From: Eledone cirrhosa
Lineage: Eukaryota
NCBI GenBank assembly: GCA_964016885.1
Contig: OZ024741.1
Coordinates: 353,958,001 to 354,022,000 of the forward strand
Reading direction: 5' to 3'
DNA: 64,000 nucleotides
The notes under the pieces were generated by a model that made no database searches, was not told the DNA's origin, and saw only the letters and a list, made by a program, of their open reading frames with translations. The position numbers were made by a program, and so were the translations under genes. Positions within the stretch are counted from its first letter, which is position 1. Every line of letters starts with the position of its first letter. This document shows positions 1 through 13,948 of the stretch, piece by piece.

Positions 1-377
1 AAATGGAGAGAAATGAGGCAAAATGGGGTGATTTTATATAATGAAAGCTATACCCATTTTCACAAGAGAAGACATCTCTCACCGTCGGTGTGAAAGTACC
101 TCCCCTAAAATTACTGGCCGTCTGTCTAAATTAGAAACATCTAGAGCAAATGCTAGTAGAGTGGTAAATTAGCAGAATCGTTAATGCTATTGTTGAGATC
201 GCAGACTGGTACAATGCCAGACAGAATATTTTAGCGGTATTTAGTTATGCACTTTCACATTCTAAATTTCAAATCCCACTGAGATAGATTTTACCTTACT
301 TTTTCCCCCGAGTCGATGTCGATAAGAAAAGTACATCTTTGTTATTGTTCTTGTCTTCATAATTAGAGATATGTCCA

Positions 378-590
378 GGGCGATTGATTGGTAGAATCGA
401 TAGAGCGTCGGACAATATGTTTCATGGCATAGAGTTACGACCCTTTACGTTCTGAGTTCAAATCCCACTGAGATTAGCTTTGCCTTTCATCCATACGGGG
501 TCGATAAATTAAATTGCACTGGGATCGATTTAATCGACTTTCCCCTCCCCGAAAATTGTTGGTCTTGTGCCTAAATCAGAAACCATAGTT
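378..590 (+). mobile_element. tRNA-derived SINE (family 1); degenerate copy also at ~160-330
   Basis: B-box-like GAGTTCAAATCC followed by body CTTTGCCTTTCATCC..GGGGTCGATAAA; same body recurs at ~9840-9960, 11260-11410, 26745-26960, 27980-28075, 49045-49235 (+) and 10590-10788, 42890-43120, 47490-47910 (-). Confidence 0.85.
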
Positions 591-1094
591 AGAGATATGT
601 TCTTTTATTTTCATATATATGTGTGTCTATTTGTGTGTTTATGTATGGGGGGGGGGGGGTATGTGTATATATATATGTGTGTGTGTGTGTAAGTATGTAA
701 ATATATAATTTTCTGCAATTCTCTTACCGGTTTCAGTTAGAATGCAGCCATGAAACCTTGAAGGGATTTAGTCTACCAAATTGAAACCAGTACATACTTT
801 TTTAAGTCTGATATATATTTTATCGATATCTTTTTGTCGCTCATATTTCAAATTTCAAATTTTATCAATGCCTTTTAAGTCAACAGCTTTGGTTACACTT
901 CTTGAAACACGCTTAAAATCTTCTAAAAAGACGGAATTGGTGGTCGGCTTCTCATTAGAGAGACCTCCTTCGGTCACGACTGACCATGGGTTTTACACGA
1001 AGAACAAAGTCTGAGCAAGGTTTTTTGAGGAAGACCAGCAGTCACCCATGTATACCAGCCTCCTCTCTTACGCCATCGATGTTGTCCAAAGAAA

Positions 1095-1256
1095 AGGCAC
1101 CAGTGACGTCGTAACTTATTTCTACACCTGAGTAAATTGGAGAAACGTTAAATGAAGTGTCTTACTCAAGGACACAACACATCGCCTGGGCCGGGAATCA
1201 AACGCACAACCTCACGATTTCAAGTCCAACGCTCTAACCAATAAATCATGAGGCTC
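1095..1256 (-). mobile_element. tRNA-derived SINE (family 2) 5' part
   Basis: Minus strand reads GGTTAGAGCGTTGGACT..GATTCCCGG..TGTGTCCTTGAGTAAGACACTTCATT; homologous to the fuller copy at 47163-47485. Confidence 0.8.
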
Positions 1257-1377
1257 ATTAGCAGAGTTGTTAATGCACATACCCGACATCCGAGAGATGC
1301 GGGGTGTGACTCCTCTCCGTATCCAGAGATACTTTTGATAGACAGACTGACAGACAGACAGATAGATAGATAGATAT

Positions 1378-2348
1378 GTTTCTTTTATTTGCCACCAGAC
1401 CATCAAAAGTGGGACAAGTACAATGGGGGGAGTTTACAAAACAAGGCGTCCTTAATAAGGAGGAGGCAATAACAAAATATAAAAATAAAATAAAATATAA
1501 CAGAATAAAATTTATAACAAAATCCTCAATAGAGAGGAGGTGCCTTGGGGGGTCGCACACACCCCCGAAAAAAAGTGTGCAACCCTTTTCCTCAGGAGCA
1601 CAAAGAAGGGGTGCTCCCTTGGTCTTTCATCTTCCTCACCTATAGTCTGATGTAGAGTGAAGGCCTATTCACACGGGCCATTCTCGCCACTTTCACCCAT
1701 CTTTCATAAAAACGGCTGGGGTGCAGCATCTCTCTCTCCATCCTGATCCTTCTTCCGAAATGATATCGGAAGAAACGGACCAGTTGTTGGCCAGAGAGAA
1801 AGGTGTCTGACCTCAGTCCTTTCAGACGCGTCCACCATATAACCTCTTTCGCCATGGCTATTACGCACAGAAACACCGCCTCTGCTTCATCTTTGAAGAG
1901 CGGAGGCGGCTTGATCGTTACAATAGACTCGGTGGTCAACCGGATCGGTCCCACCCTTAACAGCAGTTGTTCGACATAGCCCCACAGATCAGCAATGCCC
2001 GAGCAGTGTACCAATGCGTGTGCAACGGTTTCCTCGTCGCACACGCATCTGGGACAGATCTTTTTCGAGGGGTCCCTACCCGGGCGCCCGTGTCTGTAGA
2101 GCCTTTCTCGAACGGGCAGAGCCCTTCTGTAGCACTGCTAGGCCAGGGACCTCTGGAAGTTATCCATGGGTCCCGGGCTGAATGTCCTACCAAACAGGTT
2201 GGCCAGTTCGTCTTCCTCCATGCCTAGGGCTTCTCCGAGGGCGTCGTCGCACCTGCTAACCACCAGCCCTCTATAGAATGACGAGGTGGATTCTCCACTG
2301 ACAGTCGGGTCCGCCTGCCAGAGAGCCGTGAGCGCCTGGGCACACTCG
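1378..2348 (-). mobile_element. 5'-truncated Tx1/L1-clade non-LTR retrotransposon (ORF2 C-terminus with CCHC zinc knuckle + 3'UTR)
   Basis: Translation CPRCVCDEETVAHALVHC..LWGYVEQLL..AMAKEVIWWTR..FYERW, stop at 1640; 3' end GTGGCAAATAAAAGAAA; flanked by GATA/GACA repeats on both sides. Confidence 0.85.
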
Positions 2349-2399
2349 GATAGATAGATACATAGATTTTAATGTTCTCTTAGTTTTCTTTCATGTTTT

Positions 2400-3290
2400 T
2401 GGCAAGATATTGAAGAGTTGCCGACCTTTGAATCATAAGCTAATACAGTATCTGGTCCTTACAGATTCCACAGATATCTCTTTCAAATCACAGATATCTC
2501 TATTTAAATATGGAGATCTTATATTTTTATTCTTGACCAGATTTGTACGTGCTACAGTAAGACAATCTGGCCTTCTATTGTTTTTTTAACTGTCCCTTTG
2601 TACACAATTTCTTACAGCTTTTGTGAAACTTCAAAACCAATTGTAAGAGTTTTATAGTATTCTTTCTTAATTGCATTTAACCATGATGCTTTCTGATTAA
2701 AGTCTTTCTTTTCATTCTAGTTCTTGAGTTAAAATTATTTAATATCTTCCTGAAAAGAGGGTTTTCTAACGAAGATTTTTTCTTTTTTATCATCCAGTAT
2801 ACAACTTGTGGATGTTCAGCAAACATGTAGTTAATGTTGGCTCATCGTAATATTTTTTACGATATCCAAGATTTTCATGCCACGTCTTGAGTTCATATTT
2901 GAAGTAATTAATTTACTTCCAGTGTTTGGTGTGTAGAATATTTGTATTCTTTCATTAACTCATAAGAGGAAGATGGTGTGTTGTAAACTGACTATTCACC
3001 TTACCCCTTGTGAAAGTAGCTAAGTTTCTGATTCTGGGGCGTATATTAATATTTTCTTCTAGTTTTGTTATCTACCATTGTTACTTGCGTTGAGTTGTTT
3101 TGTTTTCACGTGTTCTGTAGCTATCTCCTGTATGTTCTTTCAGTGATGGCAACCGTGTACAAGCAGATATTGACTGTCCAATAAGTCTCATCTCTTGCTT
3201 TCATATATTCTCCAGCCATATCATCAATAACTTTCAACATGAGAATAGTTGACCTTTTCTCTACTATCGCGCAAAAGAACGGTCTGTCAT
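2400..3290 (-). mobile_element. Highly degenerate Penelope-like element remnant (thumb/linker/GIY-YIG region)
   Basis: Scattered frame-broken motifs IFYTPN, FAEHPQVVY..KRKNLR, RPDCLT, ICGICKDQ in the order expected for a PLE C-terminus; many stops. Confidence 0.35.
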
Positions 3291-3877
3291 TTAATTTGTA
3301 TTTGTACTTGTACTTGTGACGGCGTTAACCCTTGGTGGGTTGAACCGGCTCCATTGAAGGAATTCATGGTGTAAGTTCATTTCAATGGAGTTTCTTCGGG
3401 CGATTGGTTTCACAAGCGGTGCCCAGCTTTGAAGCATTACATCTGTTATGGCGCCGAGCTCTGTGCTTTCACATCCAACCCAATTTGGTGGAGCCAGTGC
3501 CACGACGGGGACGCATGGGAGGAAGTTTTGCCGTCATAGGTGAAAAGCACAACCTATTTTAATCATGTTTTAGGCCAACAGAAGCTCACCCCGCTACACA
3601 GTTCCGGCATACCGACCCTTGATACCTGTCATTAAACGACAGCCCAGATTATAATTTTCAAATTTTGGTTTTAAAATGTTTTTTAAGTTGGATACGTTCC
3701 ACAGATTCCGCTGTTATCTCTATCAGATTAGATTCGTATGAAGATAACCATGAATGTATGGATGGATGCACGTATGTGTATATGTGTGTGTTGATATGTG
3801 TATGCATCTCTCTCACTCTCTCTCTCTATATATATATATAGAGAGAGAGATGCATACACATATCAACACACACATAT

Positions 3878-3937
<60 letters not shown>

Positions 3938-4194
3938 ATACTTGGGGAGGGTCATATTTGTGTAATATTGCCAGAATTTATAACAGAACACACTCACTGT
4001 TTGGTTGGTTTTCGCTTCTGTGTCTTTTATATCGATAATCTAATTTATTCGCTCCTCAATGTTTCACAAAAATACGTTGGAATGCAAAAGTAAACAACAA
4101 CAACAACAATAATAACGAAATATGTGTTTCGACACACGATTTCATATAAAAAGCCTCGCAAAACTATATATATGTATATATATATATATATGTG

Positions 4195-4225
<31 letters not shown>

Positions 4226-4234
4226 GTATATATA

Positions 4235-4297
<63 letters not shown>

Positions 4298-4302
<5 letters not shown>

Positions 4303-4492
4303 AACCAGTAAGACCCCGACAGCTGAGCTCAAGCCGTTTCGACGGCTAATTCTGGACAGAATTAGCCGTCGAAACGGCTTGAGCTCAGCTGTCGGGGTCT
4401 TACTGGTTCCTATTACCCACTCTACTACCTCAAGTATTGAGTACTTTGGTGCGTTATGGTCCACCTGGTTCCTTACCACATTTCCTTCGTTA
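4298..4492 (+). mobile_element. Fold-back insertion in (TA)n: 57-bp perfect hairpin plus ~80-bp unpaired tail; carries the 3' half of a hammerhead
   Basis: 4298-4354 is the exact reverse complement of 4357-4413; right arm has GAAA-cggct..agctg-TC; TA tracts on both sides. Confidence 0.75.
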
Positions 4493-4517
4493 TATATATA
4501 TATATAGATATATATGT

Positions 4518-4814
4518 GGGAAAAAAAGATGAAATAGAAAATGCAACTGGAGTCTTTTTAAGAATATTTATTTGGTTTCTTTACCGGTTTCGCAGTTCTT
4601 GTGCTTTTCAAAAGTAGAATTGAGATGGAGGGTTTGTGGTCCTCCATCTCAATTCTACTTTTGAAAAGCACAAGAACTGCGAAACCGGTAAAGGAACCAA
4701 ATAAATATTCTTAAAAAGACTCCAGTTGCATTTTCGATTTCATCTTTTTTTTTCCTTATACTTTCACTTGTGTAGGACATCTCGCTTTTTTTTTCATTTT
4801 GGAAAAAAAAACTC

Positions 4815-4822
<8 letters not shown>
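4518..4822 (+). mobile_element. Fold-back PLE-type terminal repeat, family A
   Basis: ~4519-4631 inverted against ~4641-4753, then tail to TA tract; same family at 22850-23200 and 55710-55920. Confidence 0.8.
4658..4693 (+). ncRNA. Minimal type I hammerhead ribozyme, U3-A8 variant (family A)
   Basis: ctt-TTGAAAA-gcac aagaa ctgc-GAAA-ccgg-TA-aag. Confidence 0.6.
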
Positions 4823-4907
<85 letters not shown>

Positions 4908-4912
<5 letters not shown>

Positions 4913-5309
4913 AATAGGATTTCGCTTCAAGCGTAGCTTTATACAATATGTATAGAAATGTCGTATTTCGAAAGAAATACGATTTTAGGAAGCCGTAGTT
5001 ATGCGAACACCGGGAGGCTATCCTATTTCTTTTCTATTATAAGTTGATATGCAGCTTCATATGCAAATGAGATTAATCACCTCATTTACACAGACGAGAA
5101 AACTATATATTCCCGGCTGTTTTCAAGTCCAGCAGTCGCAGAGCAGTGGGAGGGATCGTCCTGACGATGGCCAGTCAAGCCTGAAATGCATAGACGGTTG
5201 TCCCCCTTGCTTCTGCTGGACAACACCAGAGGGCGTTAGCACCCCCGGTGTTCGCATAGCTACGGCTTCCTAACATCGTATTTCTTTCGAAATTCGAAAT
5301 GTCTATACA
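4908..5309 (+). mobile_element. Hammerhead-bearing tandem unit (retrozyme / PLE pLTR-like), copy 1 (5022-5309), preceded by an inverted segment (4908-5021)
   Basis: 5022-5300 is near-identical to 6788-7075; 4908-5021 is the reverse complement of the unit's end-to-start junction. Confidence 0.8.
5154..5199 (+). ncRNA. Minimal type I hammerhead ribozyme
   Basis: gatcgtc-CTGACGA-tggc cagtcaa gcct-GAAA-tgca-TA-gacggtt; canonical core, palindromic stem III ATGCAT. Confidence 0.85.
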
Positions 5310-6758
5310 TCTATACTATAAAGCTGACGGCCGTATGCCGTATGTAAGTAACAAACTTTCCGCCAAGCGGCTGGACCAAACGGCACCAAATTTGCAACAT
5401 ACATGTAACTTTTTCCAAATAAGAAAGTGAGGGTATTTTTGTCTACTGAATTTCATAACGTCTTCACGAACCAAAGTATCATCTTCCTGTTTTCTTTCGG
5501 ATACAACGTTTTTCGAAATATTTACTTCTGCGTTCACAGATTGATTTTTTTTTTGTAGTTTCAGAAGATCCCGTCAAGGGTGAAAGCAGCGATTCTTTGC
5601 TTAAACTTTAATCTGTTATTTTAATATATATATATTTATATAATTACATATTCGTGTACAGATATTTTTGTATACACAAAAACAAAATATAAACAAACGT
5701 ATTTATATCACGAAAGCACAGACGGCTTATCGTCATTGTTACTGCCGATATGCCACCCAAAAAGTCCTAGCCTGGCCGCAAGATCAGATTTTCCAGAAGA
5801 AAAAATGTTACTAGAGCAACAGAGAGACTAAGCTTCGCGATTACCATCAACAAAGCTCAGGGTCAAACCCTAAAAGTGGCTGGCCTTCATCTGGGAAAAC
5901 CATGGCCAATTGTATGTAGGATGATCTAGGGTGAGCTAAGGAAGAGGAGAGGAAGGAGATAAGGAGAAAAGAAACCTACAATGAAAGAACATCTTAAAGT
6001 TTACCCAAGCCAAATGTATTTATTAACATTTCTATCTGCAGGTTCTTAGCAAGCTTACTGGCGCTTTAGTATGGTATTTTCTCATATCGTTTTTGATTGA
6101 TATGGTGCATATATCGCAGCTATTCATATGTTTTAAACATTAGATAACGATTGGTGATGTATATTGTACGGCAGAATTAGCTGAAAAATATTTTGAATGA
6201 ACAAATAAGAGAGATATAAAAGAAAGATGTTTGTTGGTTGGTTCCCTCGCGTATCACAGGAAAAAGACGAAAAGTGACAATCGGAAAGTATGTACAGGAT
6301 TGGGATAAGAGTATATACAGGAAAGTTTATTGATACTAATTTTATAACACCAAAGAAGAAGAAAGACATACCACGTATGCTAACCAACCTGACTGCTATT
6401 TCTAGCAGGTTGGGAATCAACCATAAGGGATTCTCTCTGCGAGTTCGTTGTCAGTGATGATCGTGTTTCGTGGCCTATGTCTCCGATTCCAACGGTGGAT
6501 TACACACACACACACACACACATACACACACACACATGCACACGCACACACACGAACACTCACACAGGCAAACACATACATATATATACACGGACACACA
6601 CACACACAAACATACACACACACATACACACACCTACACACACACTCACACAATACACACACTGTAAACAATACAATGCATTCAATACAGACGTTTTCTC
6701 TTCTGCCGGTCTTCTCTTGTCATTTGTTAACTTTGGCGAAGCTGGGTACCTCAGCTAG
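5310..6758 (+). mobile_element. Non-autonomous Helitron (1449 bp)
   Basis: 5' TCTATACTATAAAG, 3' GGCGAAGCTGGGTACCTCAGCTAG, inserted between host A5309 and T6759 with no TSD; rejoined flank CTATACATATTGTATAAAG matches the uninterrupted inverted copy at 4937-4955; internal blocks shared with 45490-45605 and 46434-46502. Confidence 0.85.
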
Positions 6759-7075
6759 TATTGTATAAAGCTAAGCTTGAAGCGAAATCCTATTTCTTTT
6801 CTATTATAAGTTGAGCCAACTTATGCAGCTTCATGTGCAAATGAGATTAATCACCTCATTTACACAGACGAGAAAACTATATATTCTCGGCTGTTTTCAA
6901 CTCCAGCAGTCGCAGAACAGTGGGAGGGATCGTCCTGACGATGGCCAGTCAAGTCTGAAATGCATAGACGGTCGTCCCCCTTGCTTCTGCTGGACAACAC
7001 CAGAGGGCGTTAGCCTCCCGGTGTTCGCATAGCTACGGCTTCCTAAAATCGTATTTCTTTTGAAATACGAAATAT
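6759..7075 (+). mobile_element. Hammerhead-bearing tandem unit, copy 2
   Basis: Direct repeat of 5022-5300 plus the unit start TATTGTATAAAGCT. Confidence 0.8.
6928..6973 (+). ncRNA. Minimal type I hammerhead ribozyme (second copy)
   Basis: gatcgtc-CTGACGA-tggc cagtcaa gtct-GAAA-tgca-TA-gacggtc. Confidence 0.8.
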
Positions 7076-8014
7076 ATATATATTCTACTGAAAAAAATGT
7101 TCTTCCTTTCTACTATTTATATATATCAACTCGCGTGTTATTTTTCTACATTCGATATATATATATATGGTGGCTGCCAACTCGTTTTCGAGTACGGCCA
7201 CTACTTTATATCCATGTAGGAGAACCCCTACCGATGCGCTGAACGAGTGTGACTTTTTAGTCCAGCCAGCGACTTGAAAACTCTGGTACAAACACTACAC
7301 TTGTGACAATTATTGACACATAGTGCTGGGCCCATGGTACCATGTGACGACAAGTGCAGAGAGATCTCCAGATATAAAGCAATGCCTGTGCTGTGAAGCT
7401 TTTATAGTGAGCAAAGGCACTGCACAAAGCCAGTCCCACTCTCTTAACCAAGATGATATTTACCAAAAAAAGAACAAGTCAACATCATTGGATACCATCA
7501 GGGTTGCAGGTGTATATCAGAGTTTTCCTTCTCCTAGAATATACATACATGCATCCATACATACATACATACATACATACATACATACATACATACATAC
7601 ATACATACATACATACATACATACATACATACATACATACATACATGATGTTTGTGTCAATGTGGGTATGTGTAGATATATTTGGGTGGGTTGGTATGTA
7701 TATGACTGTATGTGTCAACATCTAATTTATTTTTAGAAATAAATTATTGATGCCTTTGTGATGTTGAAGTAGTGAGGAGAAAGAGGATGAGAAGGGGGAG
7801 GGGATAAAACAGAGAAAACGTTGGGAGACAAGGAGAGTAATGTGGATGGAGAAAATAAAGGAGATGATACAGAGCCGGTGGCTGGAAATAGGGAGATAAG
7901 TTATACTTGGTAACAACAAAAACAGCCCACACTTCATGAAACAATTTCTATACTTTTGGTAATTCATTTCATTTCTTGCTAACTTGCAGAAAATTCAATA
8001 ATCTCCGAAAAAAT

Positions 8015-8067
8015 ATTATTATCCTTAATGTCTACTTTATGTAAACCCTTGTGGTTAATAAAGAAAG

Positions 8068-8127
<60 letters not shown>

Positions 8128-8530
8128 GATTATTAACTTTTTCAAATTTCATTTGAAAGGGAAAATCACGGTGGAGAGGGAAGTGCTCTCTTCCCAGCAA
8201 TTTGTCGAAAGATGGGTGAGTGAGGCAAGCATGGCCCGAGTGAACGGGACTGCTCTGAGTATGCGCCTGTAAATTGGAGGTGGAAAACTGGGAGAGGGTA
8301 CTTGCCCTGGTGGTAAGGGTTGCCGTGGCATTTTTAACGGGTTTTCTCCACGAGTGTCGCTCGGAAGTCTGCCCCCTATTGGGAAATTTTCCTTTGTTTC
8401 TTTTTTTTTTGTCGTTTCCTTTGTTTTTTCTTTACACGCAGAAATGCCCATTTATACTGTCCTGTATTGTCCTGTGCTGTCTTTAATGTTATACTTTATG
8501 TCAACCCTTGTGGTTAATAAAGAAAACATC
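8015..8530 (+). mobile_element. Two tandem 3' ends of a Tx1/L1-clade element (stub 8015-8068; longer copy 8135-8530) around an (ATT)n tract
   Basis: FFKFHLKGKITVEREVLSSQQFVERWVSEASMARVNGTALSMRL* is homologous to the C-terminus of the 1640-2044 ORF; both ends read ACCCTTGTGGTTAATAAAGAAA then ATT/ATC repeats. Confidence 0.8.
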
Positions 8531-8995
8531 ATCATTATTATTATTTCTGTTGTTGTTATTGGCATTATTATGAAAAAAATATTCTTACTTTTTTTGTATT
8601 ATATTTTATATTTTTGTTAAAACGTCGTCTATGTTTTTGATTTTTTTTTTTCCCCTGATATTTGCTTTCAGCAATTTTATTTTTAACACTTATTTCTCTT
8701 CTCCAACAAATTGTTTTTATCGTTATTTGTTTGTTTATTTATTTGTTACTTTTTTTTTTTTTTTTTTCATTATTTTCAATGTTATCTTTTTATCCGAACG
8801 TGTTTCCTTTAGTTGCTAACACATCCACGCAACCACACCGCATGTATACAAACACATATATATCTTTGCGTGTGCATATATATTTATATATATATGCGTG
8901 TGTGTGTGTATATATATATATATTTTTTTTTAGTATATTTTGGTTGTTTTATATAAATATATATATATATATGTATATATATATATGTATATATA

Positions 8996-9082
<87 letters not shown>

Positions 9083-9675
9083 GCAAACTTATTTTTCAAC
9101 CAGTTTTATTTAGTTTTAAATTCTATCTATTTGCTGTATGGCTGGATAATTGGCTGGCTGGATGACTGGTTGGCTGCCTAGCTGGCTGGTTGGCTTTCTA
9201 GCTGGCTGGCTGAATGGATGGATGGCTGTTTTATTGTTGGTTGGTTAGCTGGTTGTTTTAGTTTCAATTGATTTGGTTTCAGCTTCGTTTTATTTTATAT
9301 TATATTATCGGATTTTATAACCACTTTGTTTTCTTTACCTTTTTTTTTTGTATTATTCTTTGCTCGCCTTTACTTGTTGTTTTTTTTGTTGTTGTTATCA
9401 TCATTATCACCATCTTCATCATCATCATAATCGTTATCATCATCATCATCATCATTACTGTGTGCTAATGGTCATGTGATAAGAAGCAAGTTAAAAGAAC
9501 AAATTCAGCCTGTCTATTTTATTTCAGTTCCTCTTTCTTTGAGAAAACCATGAATGTCGTAACTCCCAATTTTATAAATATCTAATGTTTGTAAATAACA
9601 TATATCGTTATGTTATTTAATCAGCGATCGGTCCATTCTATATATGTAGAATGGACAAATCGCTGATTTGTAACA

Positions 9676-9713
9676 TTTCTGACGATGTGTGTGACAGAAA
9701 GCTGTGTAGAAAT
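9676..9713 (+). ncRNA. Degenerate hammerhead motif downstream of a small fold-back (9619-9669)
   Basis: ttt-CTGACGA-tgt gtgtg aca-GAAA-gctgtg-TA-gaa; stem III imperfect. Confidence 0.45.
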
Positions 9714-9981
9714 CGTGACAGCAAATAAAACCTGAAGGAACATTCGAAAATATAGTCCAGCTACAATCGAAACTAAAGAGAAAGCAGCCACATTTCAGAC
9801 TGATTGAATGGAGCGTTCCAAGGAAAGAAGTTGTTAGATGTCAATTAGAATGGTTTGCGGTATTCACAACGAGTTTCTGCTCTCTGAGTTCAAATCTCAC
9901 TAACGTCAGCTTTGCCTTACATCCTCTTGATGCTGATAAATTAAGGATCAATCCAGAACTAGATATAGGGTTCTCTCACAC

Positions 9982-10460
<479 letters not shown>

Positions 10461-10787
10461 CATTGGAGATTGAAGGAATTAAAGAAAGACTGTTTCTTTA
10501 TTAAAAAAGTGATGCAAAGAAAGTAAAATGTATCTCACTAGCTAACCAACTAACTAGCTATTGTATAATCATGCCAGCCGACCATCTTATATATAATTGT
10601 TTCTACTTTTGGCACAAGGCCAGTAATTACCCCAGTGCATTACTGGTACTTTATTTTATCGACCCCCGTAAGGATGAAAGGTAAAGTTAACCTCGGCGGG
10701 AATTGAACTCAGAATAGCAAGGGCCGTAACTCTATGCGTCAAAGCATGGCATCCGACCCTCTACCAATACTGCCAATCCACCACCCG

Positions 10788-11258
10788 TCTAATATATAAT
10801 GATTGGAGGACTGCGGGACTGTGTCAGGGATATTTTCTCTGAACACATTACTAAAATAAGTTGGATTACTTTGAATAAATCATGAATGAATATTATGTAT
10901 TTATCTACTAAATTTTGTAGCTCTTGATTAAACATAAATATTCTTATATATAATGTATTTTAAGATTCTCTTCTTTAAAATGTTCAAATGTCTACACTTC
11001 CGGTTAGCGTCCATACGCAATATCATATCGCTTATATAAACGTTCATATATTTGCATTGTTATATAACGTTTATATTTCCGACGCTAATTTTCTCCTTTT
11101 TCCTTTTCATAATATTTTGCCGTAATGCAGTTTATATATGATATCGTCTTTTTTTATGTATCATCGATTACTTTACTGATTTCAGAAGAGAGTACAACAG
11201 TCTCTCTTCAATTTCTGTGCATATTCTCAATTACGATTTTATTTGACATATCATATCT
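10788..11258 (+). mobile_element. Non-autonomous Helitron-like fragment
   Basis: 5' TCTAATATATAA; body homologous to 46583-47000 (AAAATAAGTTGGATTACTTTGAATAAAT..CACTTCCGGTTAGCG). Confidence 0.65.
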
Positions 11259-12294
11259 ATTGGCAGTCGTTAAGACGTCGGATAGAATGCTTTACGGTAT
11301 TCGTCCCTCGTCATTGCGCGCTCTGAGTTCAGATCCCGCCGTGGTCGACTTTACCTTTCATTCTTTCGATGTTGATAAAAAAAAGTACCAGTCCAGTACT
11401 GGGGTCGATTCTTCTTCAATAGAAAAAATTGGCTGTGTTCTGACCTGGAGAGAATTGGGCTCCACGAGGTTTAAAAGTGCCCTAGACACCCTTCAGGTGG
11501 TTTTTCTGTTAATATCTATATTACCTGGTATCAGGTACAGCGTTACGTGTGTTTCTGGCTGTCGTGCCACTGCAGTGGTCTGAAGGTTTCGCCAAGGGTC
11601 AAAAGCTTGTCAAATTATGTGGATTGTTTAAATATATGACAACATTGAAATTGACCTCCGTTTATATCGATGATGAGTGTTCCAGTTCTTTGATCAACTG
11701 AACAAGCAGCACATGGAATTAACGTGTAAGCGACATAGCATTCGATAATCACGTAAACCCTTAGAGTAATTATGGGGATGGGTGTGTTCAGCGTGACTAA
11801 GTGTTTGACAAAACTGGACTTTTGAATTACAGTTACAAATGATTTGACGGGCTTCCAAACAGTTTCCGTCTATTCAATTTCACTTACAAGACAGGGGCAA
11901 TGGTAAATGAAACCCAAGATGCCGCACACTGGAATTGAAACTGGGACGTAATAACTGCATTCGGGAAGGCACTATATAGGGAAACAAGCTAATTATTAGG
12001 AACCCAGTTTACAAATGCACGTCGTTTCATATCTCAGATGGTTGACGAATAAATAACTTTATTTTCAATCATCTACAAACGATGTGCGGAACAAAAATGT
12101 TTGCATGAATAACCAAATTCGCCGGCGTCAGCCATAAATTATAGGGTTCAAAGGCATATGAAATGAGTAATCATATGAAAAAGTACTTTACCATTATAGC
12201 AAGTATGTTTCTTCATACAAATCCTTTTTTATGAGAGGGTTCAATAAATAAAGAAAAATACCAGATTTGAAACACTAATACATGCATTGACACA

Positions 12295-12337
<43 letters not shown>

Positions 12338-13289
12338 AAACTAAGTACTTCTTTTTCAATAACTTGTGCATAATATTCTATATATATATAACAGTTTTCT
12401 ATCTGCACACATAAACATCTAGATACATGTTACTGTTTTTTGTTTGTTTGTTTGTTTGTTTTTCTTTTCTTTTTTGGTGGGGTCCTATACTCTTATTGGT
12501 TCCAGTTATCATACCACCGAACATATAGACTACAGAATCTATTTAAGTTTGGTAATTTTAAAAAATTATTAAATATATATTTGCTATTGGATGATATTTA
12601 GAATTCCATGGCGAGAGAATTCGTAACAACAGCTCGCTCATTTCGATTCTGACAGACACACTTTAAAATGGCTAATCAAACCAACTAAAACATTATAAGG
12701 AATATGAAGCAGAGTGCGAAATATATCTCCATTATGACATGTCTTCCCAAATGGTTTTAGTTCTCTATTAAAATTGCCTTTTACAGATTAGGGAATGAAT
12801 GAAAAGTATGAAATATAAAGTATTCTTTCTTTATAGCCTTCACCTAAATATAGAGATAAGTTTGTCACATGCTAAATGTATTTTCCAATAGCTTCTGGTT
12901 AAATAAAGATCTTATATCAATATCCAGTAAATGGAAAATGCATGGAAGTTCAACTGTTTGAACGCTCATGTTGTTTGTTTGGGGATTTTACTTGTTTTGT
13001 TTTTTTAGTGATTGACTCAATCCATTGCCTAGCTTAAAATTACATCTCGTATGTTTCGTACCCGGTCACCGATCAACCTATAAGTTACTAATTCCTGCCA
13101 CCAGTCTTGGAGCCACTGTTGCTCTTTTATTCAAATTCGAGCAAAGCGCATCCACCAGTTCTTCATCTGTGTCAGGCATAGCACCATCGTTGGGTATTTC
13201 CCCAACCCATCTTCCTTTTCCCTGTACACTTATTTTACACATCAGGTAGTTTAGACTTGGCTTTTTCAATTTCATCAAAATCTTTCATT

Positions 13290-13948
<659 letters not shown>

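Noticed and set aside
5562-5600. CAGAAGA-tccc gtcaa gggt-GAAA motif (also at ~45543)
   Set aside because: U4A core and no stem I/III pairing; not called as a ribozyme
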